Source of the DNA: Marsupella aquatica
Lineage: Eukaryota; Plantae; Marchantiophyta
Reading direction: 5' to 3'
Assembly: GCA_973895155.1 (NCBI GenBank)
Contig: OZ316894.1
Span: 2,620,457-2,684,456 of the forward strand
DNA: 64,000 nt
Shown here: piece by piece, positions 21,975 to 35,200 of the stretch
How positions within the stretch are numbered: position 1 is the first letter of the stretch
How the letters are laid out: each line of letters opens with the position of its first letter
Position numbers and translations under genes: made by a program
The notes under the pieces: generated by a model
Seen by the model: the letters and a program-made list of their open reading frames with translations, nothing else
The model's database searches: none
What the model was told of the DNA's origin: nothing

Positions 21975-24900
21975 TACGGAGCACATTAACTTGATGTAGA
22001 TTTAACACTCAATTGAGTTGACCAGTGGTGATTTACAAGATGAGAGGATGGTCAAAAGCATTTTTCCCCTGACCAAAATGAAGACCAAAACAAATGGGCC
22101 AGTTTTAGCCTAAATCTAGGTTTCCAGGCCGAAACCAAAAATTTGGGTTTACATTTGGGAGTCTGAAACCTGCACATTCCCAAGAATTTTTGGATAGCCG
22201 TGATGACAAATATGTGTCCATGGTCATGACCAAAACTGCGATTTTGGTCAAATTTGCCTTGCCCAGGTTTTGCTTTCAGACAGGTCACACTACTCCCTGG
22301 CAGAACAGTGCACATCATCAATTTTTCAAAGGGCACCATTTTGCGTGGAGCAATTTTTGAGCGAGGTCTGGTGTGCCGACTGCCCAAGTTATTGATGATC
22401 ATGGTTTGCGGGAACCACAGATTTTTGATCTGCTACTGGGCCCGCAGCATTTCGGGCACAGAACAGCTAGCTTGAGACGCCCTATTCAAGGCAAGCAGGC
22501 TGCATTCGAAGTGCTTGTCAAAATTGAGAAGGGACTGAGTGGCCAAAAGTTTAGACCCAATGCAAGGTGGTTTAAATTTTTGGAAGGACTGTAGATATGG
22601 TACATATTGGGACCAGCCATTTTTTTGTGGGCAAAAATTAGCCTATCACTTACCTTAAAAATAGGCAGGCTGATGATACTCATGCTGAAATTGAAACAAT
22701 TCTGTTGCATATGCCACCACCTAATGCACTAAGGGGAGTGTTAGCCAGGAAATACTCTACAATAGTCAGAAATAATACATAACCATACCTGTGCTTGTCT
22801 ATAGGGTAAAATAGTAACCACTTTGGGTAATGCTTACAAACAAGAAAAAAATGGCTGATTGGGACCCACGAAGTGCCATGTAGGCTGGGGAAGACAGAGC
22901 TGAAAAGCTCCCCAGAAGCCTTCTACAATCAGGAACAACTGGTCTCCTTAATTAACAGGTTGGGTTGGCATCCCCGTCTAGAAAAGGAAGAAGTATCAGT
23001 CTACTTGTTCTTGTAAAGTCCCCCTATACATTGTTATTGCTATTGTAATTGTGTAGAGAAGAACTGCAGATGTAGTGCTTTTGCTTTGCAATTTTTGGAG
23101 GAACCGTCAACTTGGGGGTCATTGGGCAACTCAAAAGACCCTTGAATGATGCTCCACTTGACGACTGTTAGATTTTGGCTAATGGGGTATGTGGCTAGGT
23201 GGGAAAGGAACTAAAAAACCAACAATTTTTGCCCAAAGTTGTAGAAACTTTTTGGAAAAGTGGAATCTAGCAAAATTTTGTTTTGCCACTAAAGAAAAGG
23301 TGCTCGCTATACATCTTTTTATTCTTATTGCAGATTGGAAAGCTAAGAGGTGGGTGATATAGCTGGCTCATCCTGGAACTCATTTCAGTTTTTGTTTCCT
23401 AGCGGAAACACTCTTTAGTTTAGGGCCATAGGCGACTTTAGTGTGTATATCAGTTTAGGGCAGCCAGTTTAGGGCGAACAGTGACGGCGAGTGAAGGGCG
23501 GCAAGTTTTAGGTCAAGTCTCGAGGCGAGTCCCAGCTGAAACCATGGGACAAACAGGTGATTAGGCACCGGAATTGCTTGTTAATTTCATTAGGAGTGCT
23601 CCCGTGCTCCTTGAGCTCAATGTTGCAGGTCGATGTGCTGGGGCTTAATGTGCTGTGCCTCTCATCCCCATTCTGCTGCCGTTTCTGCTCGCTGCTGCAC
23701 TCCCTTTTGCTCGGTCCTTCTTGTGCTCGGTAGCAATCATGGTGCTTGGACCCCCTGCTCAATGTTTGGTTGGTTAGTGCATGCTCCGACTCTGCTCTTT
23801 GTCTCTTGGTTCACGCTTGAATACTAGAGAGTTTAGAGTTCTGATGGTGGCGCTATATGTCATCAGCCTGCTCTCGCTGGTAGTCTCCTTGCCCTCTAGC
23901 TAGATACTTGTCGTTGCTGCTTGCTAGATGGTCAATACTTGCTGCTGCTGGATGCTAGTGGCCAATCTCCATTGATCAGTTGCAGCTGCAGTGGATGATT
24001 TAATGTATGGCCTCGACTGTGCTCATTTCACGGAATGTATTGTGACCACTGTGGATATGATTCCATGGCTAACTCTGGACAACCATTTCAATCTCCGTTG
24101 CTTCCACTTCACTTCTCCATGAAAGGGCAAGACGTCTGCTGTTATCCGTTTGAATGTGTACGTTTGTTTCTGCTTTCGCTATGTCTTCTAGGTATAACAA
24201 AGATTCTCCTGGCTAGTTGATTTTTTTCTCAGGCAAAATCTCCTTGCTGGTAATAATTTAGTCACGATGGTGAAGGTTGTTTGCTTTTTTGTCATGGAAG
24301 CTAGTGCTCGTTTTGCTAGGCTGCTTGTGAGGACTGTTTACTTGGCTCTGTTTTGGCTTGTTTGTGCTCAGTTCTTTTTGGCTCGACATTGTTTTGGCTC
24401 TTCAGGTCTAATTTTGACTTTGTGTTTGTAGGGTTGCTCAATTTGGCTGTGTGCCCGGTTGCTAAGTGATTTGCCCAGTATCTATCCACAGTTCTTGTTT
24501 GTCCATTGTGCCTGGTCTGTTTTACTCTCTAGTAGTGTTCCATTTGATTCTCACTTGTCTTTTTTACAGAGGCTTTAGTTGACACATCCAATGTGCAAGG
24601 CTTTTGTATCATTTTTTGAGTCAAACTCTGCTTGGAAGGCTGTTCAAGAACAGTTCAGGGTTCAATTCCCTGTCGGAGCTATGAGGTGACAGGTTTGGAA
24701 AGCACTTAATAGAAACAAATGTGAAAATAATCGGAACAGAGGTCACAGGGGCAGCCCTTGGATAAATGGATGGCATTTGTTTCCGCTCAAGTGTCGCTAA
24801 TGATGCTCATGCAATGGGGAAGGATTTATGTTTAGAGTTGCCTTTTTATGTTTTTACTGAATGGTTGATAGTATAAAAAGAAAATGATGTCATTTTCTTG

Positions 24901-25593
24901 TCTATTTTACATCTCGGAAAAATAATTCCAACATTGCTGATTTGGGTTAAATGTAAATGTACATTTTCTTTAAAGGGGCAAAAAAATGTATCAAAAGTAA
25001 CTGTTTCTTTTTGTGCACAAAGGGTTTGAAATTAATCATTAGGGTAGTTATTTTGATAAATGTCTTATTGTAAAAGCACATCAAAACTCTAATTTATGCT
25101 AAAATAAAATAGGCTGAAAAAACGTAACTATGGTTTGCCATATAGCAATATAGCAATGTCATAGGCGGCCACAGTTTGGTTCCAAGTTTCAAGGGGAACT
25201 TCAAGTCCCCACTGGTCATATATAAAGGGGAAGTGTCCAAGATTTACTCTCCTTCATTCCTGTATGGTGCTAGTTGTTGAACTCCACTATTTCAGAAAAA
25301 AATACTTTCTAATGTTTAAATCTTGTGGATCCAGTTTTGTCAATGGCTAGTGGTGATTTCTGAGTCGTTGATGCTATCTTACTTATAAAAGGCCAACTAT
25401 GAGCTAGAGTGGTGAAGCCTCTAGACCGTAACTCCATGGCTCATCATGTGGATAAAAAACTCATGACTTTGAAGTATGTCAAACTAAAATCATGCATCCT
25501 TTTTGTCACGATTTTTATTTGCATTAAAAAATGAGTTCTATGCCCACACCATAACATATGTGCATCCAAAGAGAGATGTGCATAAAAAAAGAT

Positions 25594-25758
25594 ATGATAT
25601 GTTATGAATGATTATTAAAAAAAGAAAAAGAAAAAAAAGCATTATTAAAATGATGCTTTTTTTTACCATTCAAAGAATATGACATGTTATGAATGATTAT
25701 TAAAAAAAAGAAGAAGAAGAAGAGCAAAATGATGCTTTTTTTTACCATTCAAAGAATC
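25594..25758. repeat. Tandem duplication (~85 bp x2), A-rich
   Basis: ATGAYATGTTATGAATGATTATTAAAA...ATGATGCTTTTTTTTACCATTCAAAGAAT occurs twice. Confidence 0.85.
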
Positions 25759-25957
25759 TGAATAAGGTATATATTTTTGGTGATATTTTTATTGTATTCC
25801 GCTCTATTCAAGTAGGGGCTAGTTCTCACTAACCGCAGTTAGACGAAGAAGACACGGGAACTTCGTAGACTGCACGGTAAATGCACTTTCTCCGGGCAGG
25901 AAAAAGTGCTACACGAAGACGACTTGCTCGAAATGGAGAGACGGCAATCTTTGTTAT

Positions 25958-25965
25958 TATATAAA
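25958..25965 (+). promoter_or_regulatory. Candidate TATA box of the cysteine protease gene
   Basis: TATATAAA about 120 bp upstream of the ATG at 26079, followed by GTGAG/GA repeats typical of a 5' UTR. Confidence 0.5.
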
Positions 25966-26078
25966 GCACTGTGAGGTGAGGTGAGGTGAGGAGAGGAGAG
26001 GTCCAGAGGAGATATTTTCGAAGCTGATTGACTGCAAAGAGCAATTCTGGGGAAGGAATTGAGAAGAGCAGGTCGATC

Positions 26079-29000
26079 ATGGAGGGAGGGAGGATGGCGA
26101 ATGCTGTAGGAATGGTGCTCCTGTTGAGCTTGCTTACTGTGGGCAATGCTAGCTTTCACTTGGACAAAGAAGCAGTTCAGAGCGACATCTCCATGGTGAC
26201 AGATTTGCCCTCTGCGCACGAGAGTGGATTCATCAGCCACTTCGACTTTAGTGACATTCTGGGAACCGGCCAACTGGTTGCTGAGTTTGCCAACTTTGCT
26301 CTCAAGTGAGTCCACTGCGGGTGTGGTATGGCTTTTACAGGGAGTGCTGTAGTCTATAGTTCATTGAATTGATCGTTACTGAGATCGTTGTTTGGACGAG
26401 GGGAAGCAATTTCTTTTTCCTCTTCCTCTTCTTCGTCAGCTGAGTCCAATTCTCTATTTCTATTTCTATTTCTATTTCTATTTCAGTAGGAGGTCTTCCG
26501 CTTCTTCAGAAGCTCAAATCTCCATTTCAATTGAGGAGGATGACTTCTCTTAAGTTTCGTGGTCTGCCTCAGAGAAGCAAAACCACTGGTTCGTAGATAG
26601 TTTGCCATGAAGGTTAGGATGTTACTGTTGTCTAGCTCATGAACGGCAAATCTATTGTGACTGTCTTTGGTCAAGTTCGGTGAGTTGGTGACAGAAGCTG
26701 GATGGCAGTCTGTTTCTCTTCCAAGCTAGTTCAAAGGTATCTCTTGCATAGCTTTGCTGCCTCTGTCTCGGTGACGCATAGCTCACTGTTTGATAATATT
26801 AGTCACCGCCGTTCTCGATCTGAAGCTACCAGGGTCTTCTTCCAGGAAGCAGAAAACCGTTCGGTGGATTTGTTCCGCGGCGGTGAATACATGACAAATG
26901 CTACATAGCAGGCTCATTTTCTGGTAGAGATACAGTTGTGTCTTGTCTATGAGCATATATCTGTTCCTTTGCCAGGGGATAACGGAGTCGTTCCCTCTCC
27001 TTCATCACCCATTGTTTCGTCAACGTAGCAAGTTTCGACAGACCATCGCCTCAATTGTATCCCCCAGGTCTGTCTCTCGGACGTGGCGGGGGATTTGTGA
27101 CAGACGAAGCTGAATGGCAGCCTATTTTCCTGGACATAGATGCAGCCTAGGTGTCTCTTTGATCTATCGGTGCGTCATGTGCGAGCGGATTGGATCAGTC
27201 TCCCTTCCCTCCTTGACAACCATTTAGTCCACTTTCCTTGCATCTGTAGACGGAGGACAGTTTTGTGGACCTGGTCCAATTCCTCTATCCAGAACTTGCG
27301 ATCTCTCGGTTTTCCCCCTTGAATGAAGTCTTTCACTCCTCTGTCTTTCGCTTACCAAATCGTTTCTCTGGAAGGTTTATTCGTGCTGGTGTTCATACTA
27401 GTTCAACTAATGTTTATACAGTCGATGCTTCTCGGGATAGTGGTCCAAGCTAGACATGGGTGTCATGTCGATTTTGATTGTCGTTCCCTTTGCTCTTACG
27501 ACTGCAGGCATGGGAAGGAGTACAACTCCTTGGGTGAGCTGCAACGCCGCTTCAACACTTTTGTCAGCAACGTTGAGCTTATCGAGTCCACGAACAAGAA
27601 GGGGCTTTCGTACAGGCTTGGAATCAATAGTAAGCTCTGCTGATCTCTTCTGTCGGTTGCTGCCTTCATTTAGTCTCAGGTGAAGGGTTAGAGTAGTTTA
27701 GAGTCTCAGGCGGTCGAAGGGTACTGTGGATGACCGTCTTCCCAGCTTCCAAGCTTCCGCGGGTTCAGTTTAACTTTTCCTTGGTGCTCGAAGTGGTTCC
27801 TTACTACAGCTCAAGTGTACTAGTCTACGATATAATCACCTTCAATTTACTTCCTGGTAGAGACGCTTTGGGTCTCTGTTGGATTTCCAAGTCTCGAGGT
27901 TGCCCTGGTCACGGATTGTCACAATCTATGATCCCCCTGCCTCCGGATTTCGTCTGGCTTTTTATTATTTACCTTGTTTTTCGCGTCTGACGGGAAATCG
28001 TATTGCAGAGTTTGCGGACGTGTCCTTCGACGAGTTCAAGCAGCACTACCTGGGGGCACAGCAAGATTGCTCTGCGACCACAGGAAACCATAAGATGAGC
28101 AATGCGCTTCTCCCCAGCGCGGTACTTTTTCTCCGTTCCTCCTCCGGACTTGACCCTCAGACGTTTCCAGACGACAATCGTGATCAATTCACAATAGGTT
28201 CCTGAAGATATCGATTGAGTCCTAAAATACGTCATCAATTCTGCCCACCGATCTTATTGACATGCATCATGATATCAACTCTGATGATTAACACATATAG
28301 GAGATCACGTCGTTATATTCCTTATGAATTTGCTTGTTGTACTTACTGGATGGCAGAAAGATTGGCGTCTACACAATATTGTGAGCCCTGTCAAGGACCA
28401 GCAGAGTTGCGGGTCATGCTGGACTTTCAGGTACTGCGAATTATCATCTGCATTCGAATTGATCCGAGCTCAGTGCTGTTGCTTCAACTCTTTCACTTTC
28501 TGTCCTGGAATTCACACATGATTGGGGATTATGTAAGGGTTCAAGTTGTCGTGGAAGTCCCTTGGGAGAGAGCTCATGACGCCAGACGTCCTGAATCAAG
28601 TTGTAAACATGGAATCCCCTTAGTTATGGCAGAGCTCATGTCTCATGTCGGCTTTGATTATGTTATGTTTGCAGCACAACTGGGGCTCTAGAGGCTGCAC
28701 ATGCGCAGGCCACAGGGCACATGGTTCTCCTTTCTGAGCAGCAGCTGGTGGATTGTGCGGGTGATTTCAACAATTTTGGGTGCAATGGCGGTCTGCCTTC
28801 GCAGGCGTTCGAGTATGTGAGGTACAGAGGTGGGCTCGACACCGAGGACGCGTACCCTTACAAGGCTGACGATTACACTTGCACATTTGACCCCAAAACT
28901 GTCGGTGCCAAGGTCTACGATGTAGTGAACATTACCCAGGTATGCTTGTGCCCCAACCACAAGTCTATGTGACCGATAATGTCTGAATCTTCTTTTAGCT

Positions 29001-30324
29001 GGAATATGTTTTATAAGTTTTTGACTTCAACCACTATTTAGACCCCATAATTCATGTGTAGCGTCTTAAGTCCGCAGTTTCGCGTAAAGCAGCACTTTTT
29101 TGGCTAGGTTTGTTTTGCACTGAAAGATTAAGGACGAACCCTGTTTTACACAGGCAATTGAAAAAACGTTACAAAGAGGCAATGAACAAAACGTTTAGAA
29201 TGCAAGGGGTGTAAGGCGTAGCGAACTTACCACCACGTATAGTTTTTGTGATTTCTACAAAAATTCGCCCTATACAAGGAAAATTCGTCCTCTCTCAGCA
29301 ATTCAGTTGGATGGAATGGCAGGGAGCTGAAGATGAACTGAAGGATGCTGTTGGGTTCAGCAGACCAGTGTCAGTTTGCTTCGAAGTGGTGGATGATTTC
29401 TACTTGTACTTTGATGGAGTCTACACGAGCACCAACTGCCATGACAAGCCAGAGGTGAGAGGATGGATTCCTAGAGACGTGTGGGAGAGCTTCGGCTAGC
29501 TCAAAGTTTCTGGATAACTCTCAAAAGAATCATTTGTCTGCCCCTAACTTGGTTATGGAAATGAACATGCAGACCGTGAATCATGCCGTGTTGGCTGTCG
29601 GATATGATGTTTCTGAGGACGGCGTGCCCTACTGGATCATCAAGAACTCCTGGGGTAGCGATTGGGGAGTGAATGGATACTTCAACATGGAGATGGGCAA
29701 GAATATGTGTGGTAAGTACTGATATATTAAATCAGTAAGTGCTGAAAATACTTGGCTTGGCGTAATTAAACCTAGTTAAGGCTCTAAGAATGGTCGACTG
29801 TATCGACTGAAATGGTGATAAGCAGTTACTATGTCAAAAGTCCACTTTCTCTAACAGCAAATTGATGTAAATTATTTTCCAAACTATCATATATATGTAC
29901 TCATGTTCATAATATGCAGTAGTAATTTATGTAAAAAGAAAAACCTCGTATTAGTAGTCCAACGATAGAAATTAAAAATCTCCTATAAACTACATTAGAG
30001 CTAATGTACACAATTGAAAATCTTGCTGTTGCTGTCTCGGACATTCAATATATCTTTTTTGGGTATTTTCTTATTTTGTTTCGAATACAATTTTTGCTGA
30101 CTAGTAAAAGAAAATCACAGAACAGGCAGTGAATAATAATAATCAGCAAACAGCTGGAACTGGAATTAGACTGTTGTGACACTGTTAGTCAGTCCAGTTT
30201 TGTGACTTCATTCAACTGTTTGGGAAGGGAGATTAACCATCCGTGTGATCTGTGCTGCGTTGATTCTGCAGGTGTTGCTGTCTGTGCCTCGTACCCTGTT
30301 GTCCCTGAAGAAATGTTGCGGTAA
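26079..30324 (+). CDS. Papain-family cysteine protease, aleurain/cathepsin H-like (multi-exon)
   Basis: Signal peptide ([13 protein letters not shown]), ERFNIN-like prodomain, minichain [62 protein letters not shown], terminal [11 protein letters not shown]. Confidence 0.95.
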
Positions 30325-30833
30325 GCAACACGCCATTCAGATATACAACGCTGCAGAAATGTACATAAGTTAACCTTCGCCATCAAATGAAGAATCTGGG
30401 GTGGTGGGTTATTCAGCTGGCAAAGGCAAATGTGACATCGAAGTCCACCATGTGTTGTAAATGCTTAGAAATTATGAGACCTGACCTTCTCTTTCAAGAA
30501 TCCTCGACCAATCTTGGGTTTTCATTTGAAGTGATTAGGCTCTTACATATGTTGCTAATCCAAGAGCCCAAGCATTTGAAGTTTCATTTTTGGAACTGCC
30601 TTGAAGAGCTTTTGATGTATAAATATGTGTTCTCGAAATCTGCGTTTCTTGTCACGAAATTGTATTAGATTGAACCTATTTGCCTTGTGTGCTGTCCTGC
30701 CTCCTTGTCCGCACTGTCCCTCCCCTCCTGGAGACAAAGCACTTATTGATCTTCCCTGTCCTAATGAAACTGTCCATAAATCTTCCGTCATAGTTAAAGT
30801 CTGTATAATCTTCCCATTGGTGAGATGGACATT

Positions 30834-30979
30834 GACTGTAAAGTCTCACGTGTGCTCCATTTGCGCTGCCTCGAGAGAGGAGAATAGTTATTGGTAGTGA
30901 CCGTAAAGTCTCTCGTGTGCTCGATCTCTCGTGTGCTCGATTTGCGCTGCCTTCTAGAGAATAGAAAAGTTATTGGTAA
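30834..30979. repeat. Imperfect tandem duplication downstream of the protease gene
   Basis: GACYGTAAAGTCTCWCGTGTGCTC...TTTGCGCTGCCT...AGTTATTGGTA occurs twice, with an internal TCTCGTGTGCTCGAT duplication. Confidence 0.8.
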
Positions 30980-32238
30980 TCCCCGTTACATATCGCTGCC
31001 TTCCAGAGACTACATACTTACCGATCGTCCCCATCATACCTCAATTCTCCACGATCGTCAGATTGATGAGATGCACTGATCCTAGAGTATTTCGTGGAAT
31101 TTCTGGGTTCTTCTTGCTTGGTGAAGCCTTGAAGAAACAACCCATGGTTTAACTTGCTTTTTATTTAAATCCTTGGGTATAGGTTGCTACCGAAGTCTTA
31201 CGTAAAATTGCGCATTATCTAAAATGTCGTGCAATGCTCACAAATACTAATCTACAATCCGTTCTAAATCAGTCAGCCCCAGCCTGCTGTCGATAAGTGA
31301 ACAAACTCAACAAACTTTTGAACTAAGCATAGCTCAGCTCATAGCTAATGCTTCCAGTACTTCTGTCACATGAGTGATTCCATTAAATGACTGTCATTTA
31401 ATTTGGTTTAAATACTAAACTCCTGCTGTCGATTTAATGAACCAAAACTCTAACCCTCATGCAGTTAACTATGTGTATTTTCCTATGCCCCTGTAGACAA
31501 ACAGCACAACCATAATTTAGATAACATGCTCCTCCGTTGATTCAATGCAACACCCAAAACACAACCAATTGTTCCCTATATGCCTTGTGGAAAACAGTGA
31601 ATCCATTTCGGACTCTTTAACATTCGAAGAAAACGGAGATTGCCAAGGACAAGAATGTAGAACATCCAAGGCCGAAGTACAATTTCCACTGGGTTTCAAG
31701 TCCGTTCTACATTTGAAAACATCCGAAACTTGCAAACTGGAGATAGCTTCTGAAGTGCAAAGACAGGCAGGAAAAGTACCCTCCTTCCAAACATCAACCT
31801 AGGTTTTATTCAATACGTCCGCAACATTACAACTACTTACGACACTGACTTCCCAATACGAGAGGTCTTCGTGTGACGTGGTAAAGTACCCGTGATCGAG
31901 AATTAAATGGACGATGACCAAAGGACTGTGATACCGTTTCTTAGGAGCTGCTGATGTCTGCAATATAGACTCAACGCAATTGGGCCAGTGCAAAACTGTA
32001 GAATCGGAAAGAATTTTAAATCCTGAAACAACCTGCAATCCCAGAAATCGCATATTAAGCCCTACAAAGTTGTTAGCATAAGCCCCAAGAGAGTACAACA
32101 TACGAATGTGCATAGGCAAAGAACATCGTGCTCAAGCAGGTTTAAAGTTCAATCATGCAAGGGGTATCAACAGTTACAAATATCCTTCCCCAGACATTCT
32201 TCTACATTCTTCTAGGAACAAAGTCAATCCTTACCAGG

Positions 32239-35200
32239 TTACTGGATGAGAAGCCTTCGGAAGTTTTCTGTAGCTTGCTCTACTGTTTCAAGCTCTGCCC
32301 TGGTCTTATCAACTTTTTCTAGGTTGTCTCTCTGAACGTTTGCTGGTACTTTCTCGGAGTAGCCCGCCACAGTCATCTTTTTGGCCAACGCTTCTTGGGA
32401 TCTACAGAGCAAAACAAATATTATAATGTTTTCTTGTGACACTCATACTGTGTACGTACAAAGACCCCTTTTTATCTTATATGTATCCATGCTAAACATA
32501 TAACAATTACGCTGAAAGTATTCTTCCTTGTCTTCTACGTCGAAGTCTTACAAAAGCTCGTCTAAAAATGAACTTTCAACGGCAATCAAGATGGGAGTGA
32601 GTGGGAATATGTGCATCAGAAATGTAGAATGAACACTCCACTGCTTTCATTCCTGCTAGGAAGTATGGATGTTGGTACCTAATAATCTCCTCTCTCTTCT
32701 TCTCCAGCTTAAGAATCTCTACACTGGCATCCACCAATCCAGTAAGCACCAGATATGCGGTCATGTCCTCATTTACTATATCAACTGCACAACCAAGCGG
32801 AGGTGCATCACCTTCCCTCAAGATCTGCACAGACGAAATCGTCAGTTATATAATCAGTACTATAAAACCAATAGCATTCACTGAGAGACACTCACGATAA
32901 TTTTTAGGTGGGATGGACTATAGAGAGGAAGTGTGAACATTCCTTTCAACACTGATTCCGAATATATAATTTTCTACAATTTTCGACTGCGTCACTGACA
33001 AAGGGAAGGTATGTAGACACCACCATTATGCCACCAATGAACAAATTCTGCGACTTTTTAACCAGGATTCGCATTCCACCCAGACACATTCTCTGTTTCC
33101 ATTCTGAAACACAATTCCGTACATACTGAACAGTTGTCCTAACTTCTTTTTCGAACTAACGGGGTCTTTGCCCAAATCTGTTTCGTGGCGTAGCAAGTTT
33201 CAAGATTATATATTCATCGTTCTCTTGTCTCCCAAGGTTTTCAGGTCCTCAAAGGGACAGAACAATGATGCCCCTGTTTTCAGGTCTTCAGATTGTTTCC
33301 AACAGCGTGTCTTTACATACCTCCACCGACGATAACGTGGCAAGAGTCGCAATAATGGCAGATCCTCTGCTGACAATCTCAGCATTTTCTTGAGTGCGGC
33401 AAAGCAAATGTAGTGCACACCTACCAAATATTGCAGAGATATTCCAGTTAGAACTGTGCGAAAACTCATAACAATATTAAATGATACATTCTATCAAAGA
33501 GAGTTTGTCTTTTCCAGTTGCGTCGCCGCAAAAGTAGGCAATTGTCTACAGCAGAAAGCGTGAAGGTTCCGTTATTCACCTTTGTTTTGGTTGTACACCG
33601 TACGTCATGCGCAAAGAGCGTGCTGATTTTACTGCTAATTCAATCAACTTAAACTCCTCTTCTACTGCAATATTTTCCCATTCCTTGAAATAGCAAGAAT
33701 GGGAGATCAGATACAAGGGTCACATATTAGCTATTCGAAATAAATTGCACATGCAACTGGGTGACTAGTGCTCGGGATATCTTGAAAACGGAAATAACAG
33801 AAAGTGTCTTCACATGCTATTCTTACATATCGCAATCGTAATCAGAGAAACTTGTCAAAATGAACAGTTCAGAAAACTATGGTCAAAACTTACTGTGATG
33901 GGAGCCGGGTACGGCGCTATCACAATCGATGATTTCTCACTCTCTTCCTTTTTCTGTGGAAGACGCTGCCATAACTCTTCAGTCAGGAAAGGCATAATGG
34001 GATGCAGCAGCCTCAATCCAGCGTCTAGGCACATCCAAAGTGTATTCCTTGTAAGTTTCTTAACCTCAGCTGCTTCAGGGTCATTGTCGTCTCCAAGAAG
34101 AGCTGGTTTGCTAATCTCAATAAACTTATCACATAGTTGATAGAGCCACCAGGAATAAATTGTTGTCGAAGCTCCTGACAGATCTGAAGCTTCAAATGCG
34201 CTTACTGTCCTCGAAATAGCATCATTTAACACAGAGAGAATCCACTGGCAGCCGAACGGGAGTGTGGCAACGTCCAGAGTTTGAGAAGGTACAAAGTCAC
34301 TCCCCAAGTTGATCATAGCAAAGCGGATAGCGTTCCAGAGTTTGTTGCACCAATGCCTGTAGCCAACCACTCTTTGAATATCTAGGTTTATGTTCACAGA
34401 CTGGACAGACAACGCATAAAGTCAGTACCTGTCTGATTGGAGGCGAAAGAAAAAATAGTCCTGCTAGTTCTTACAATATATATGCCCACAACAGAAAGCT
34501 ACCAGACAGCGAACTTTCTCACGATCTGAACTAATTTGGTACTGTAGGTAAGCCCCAGGTGTAAAATGATACAGTCAACAGGACATGCTGTAGGGTGCCT
34601 GACAGAACATGTCCCATGCCTACCTGACATTGGTCAGAATCTTGCTTTTTAAACGAGCTCGTGTATTAGCCTAATTACCTTTATTAATAAAGAAATTGAT
34701 GTCATACTACAAATTGATGAAATTTTACCTGGGCAGTATAAGCTACTAGAGAAAAGCGAAGGGCATCAGCTCCACATTCGGCAATGCCGCTTGGAAAGTC
34801 AGCCTTTTGCCCGGCCTTTGCTTTCTCTACTTCCTTAGGATCCAGGTTGCCTCCCTCCAGAGTTTTGTGAAGTTCCTCCAGGGTAACCCCTCTAATGATG
34901 TCCACGGGATCTATAACGTTCCCGAGAGATTTAGACATCTTCCGTCCATGGGCATCTCTCACCATGGCATGCAGTAAGACCTGCCCGTCAGATCAAATTA
35001 ACGAATGACTTCAAGAAGTACCAACAAAATTTTCACAGATTTGGTCCACAAGATATTGGCAGAACTGCTCAACCGCGACTAAGTGACACAAATTACTGCC
35101 ATCATTAGTCTTGGAAAATAGTGAAGCATACCTATTACATTTACATCGTCGCTTACCTGTTTGAAAGGGACATGCCCAGTTAGCTTCATACCCAACATCA

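Noticed and set aside
24656-24672. tRNA T-arm-like hairpin CAGGGTTCAATTCCCTG
   Set aside because: No acceptor stem, D arm or anticodon arm found; at most a SINE or tRNA fragment.
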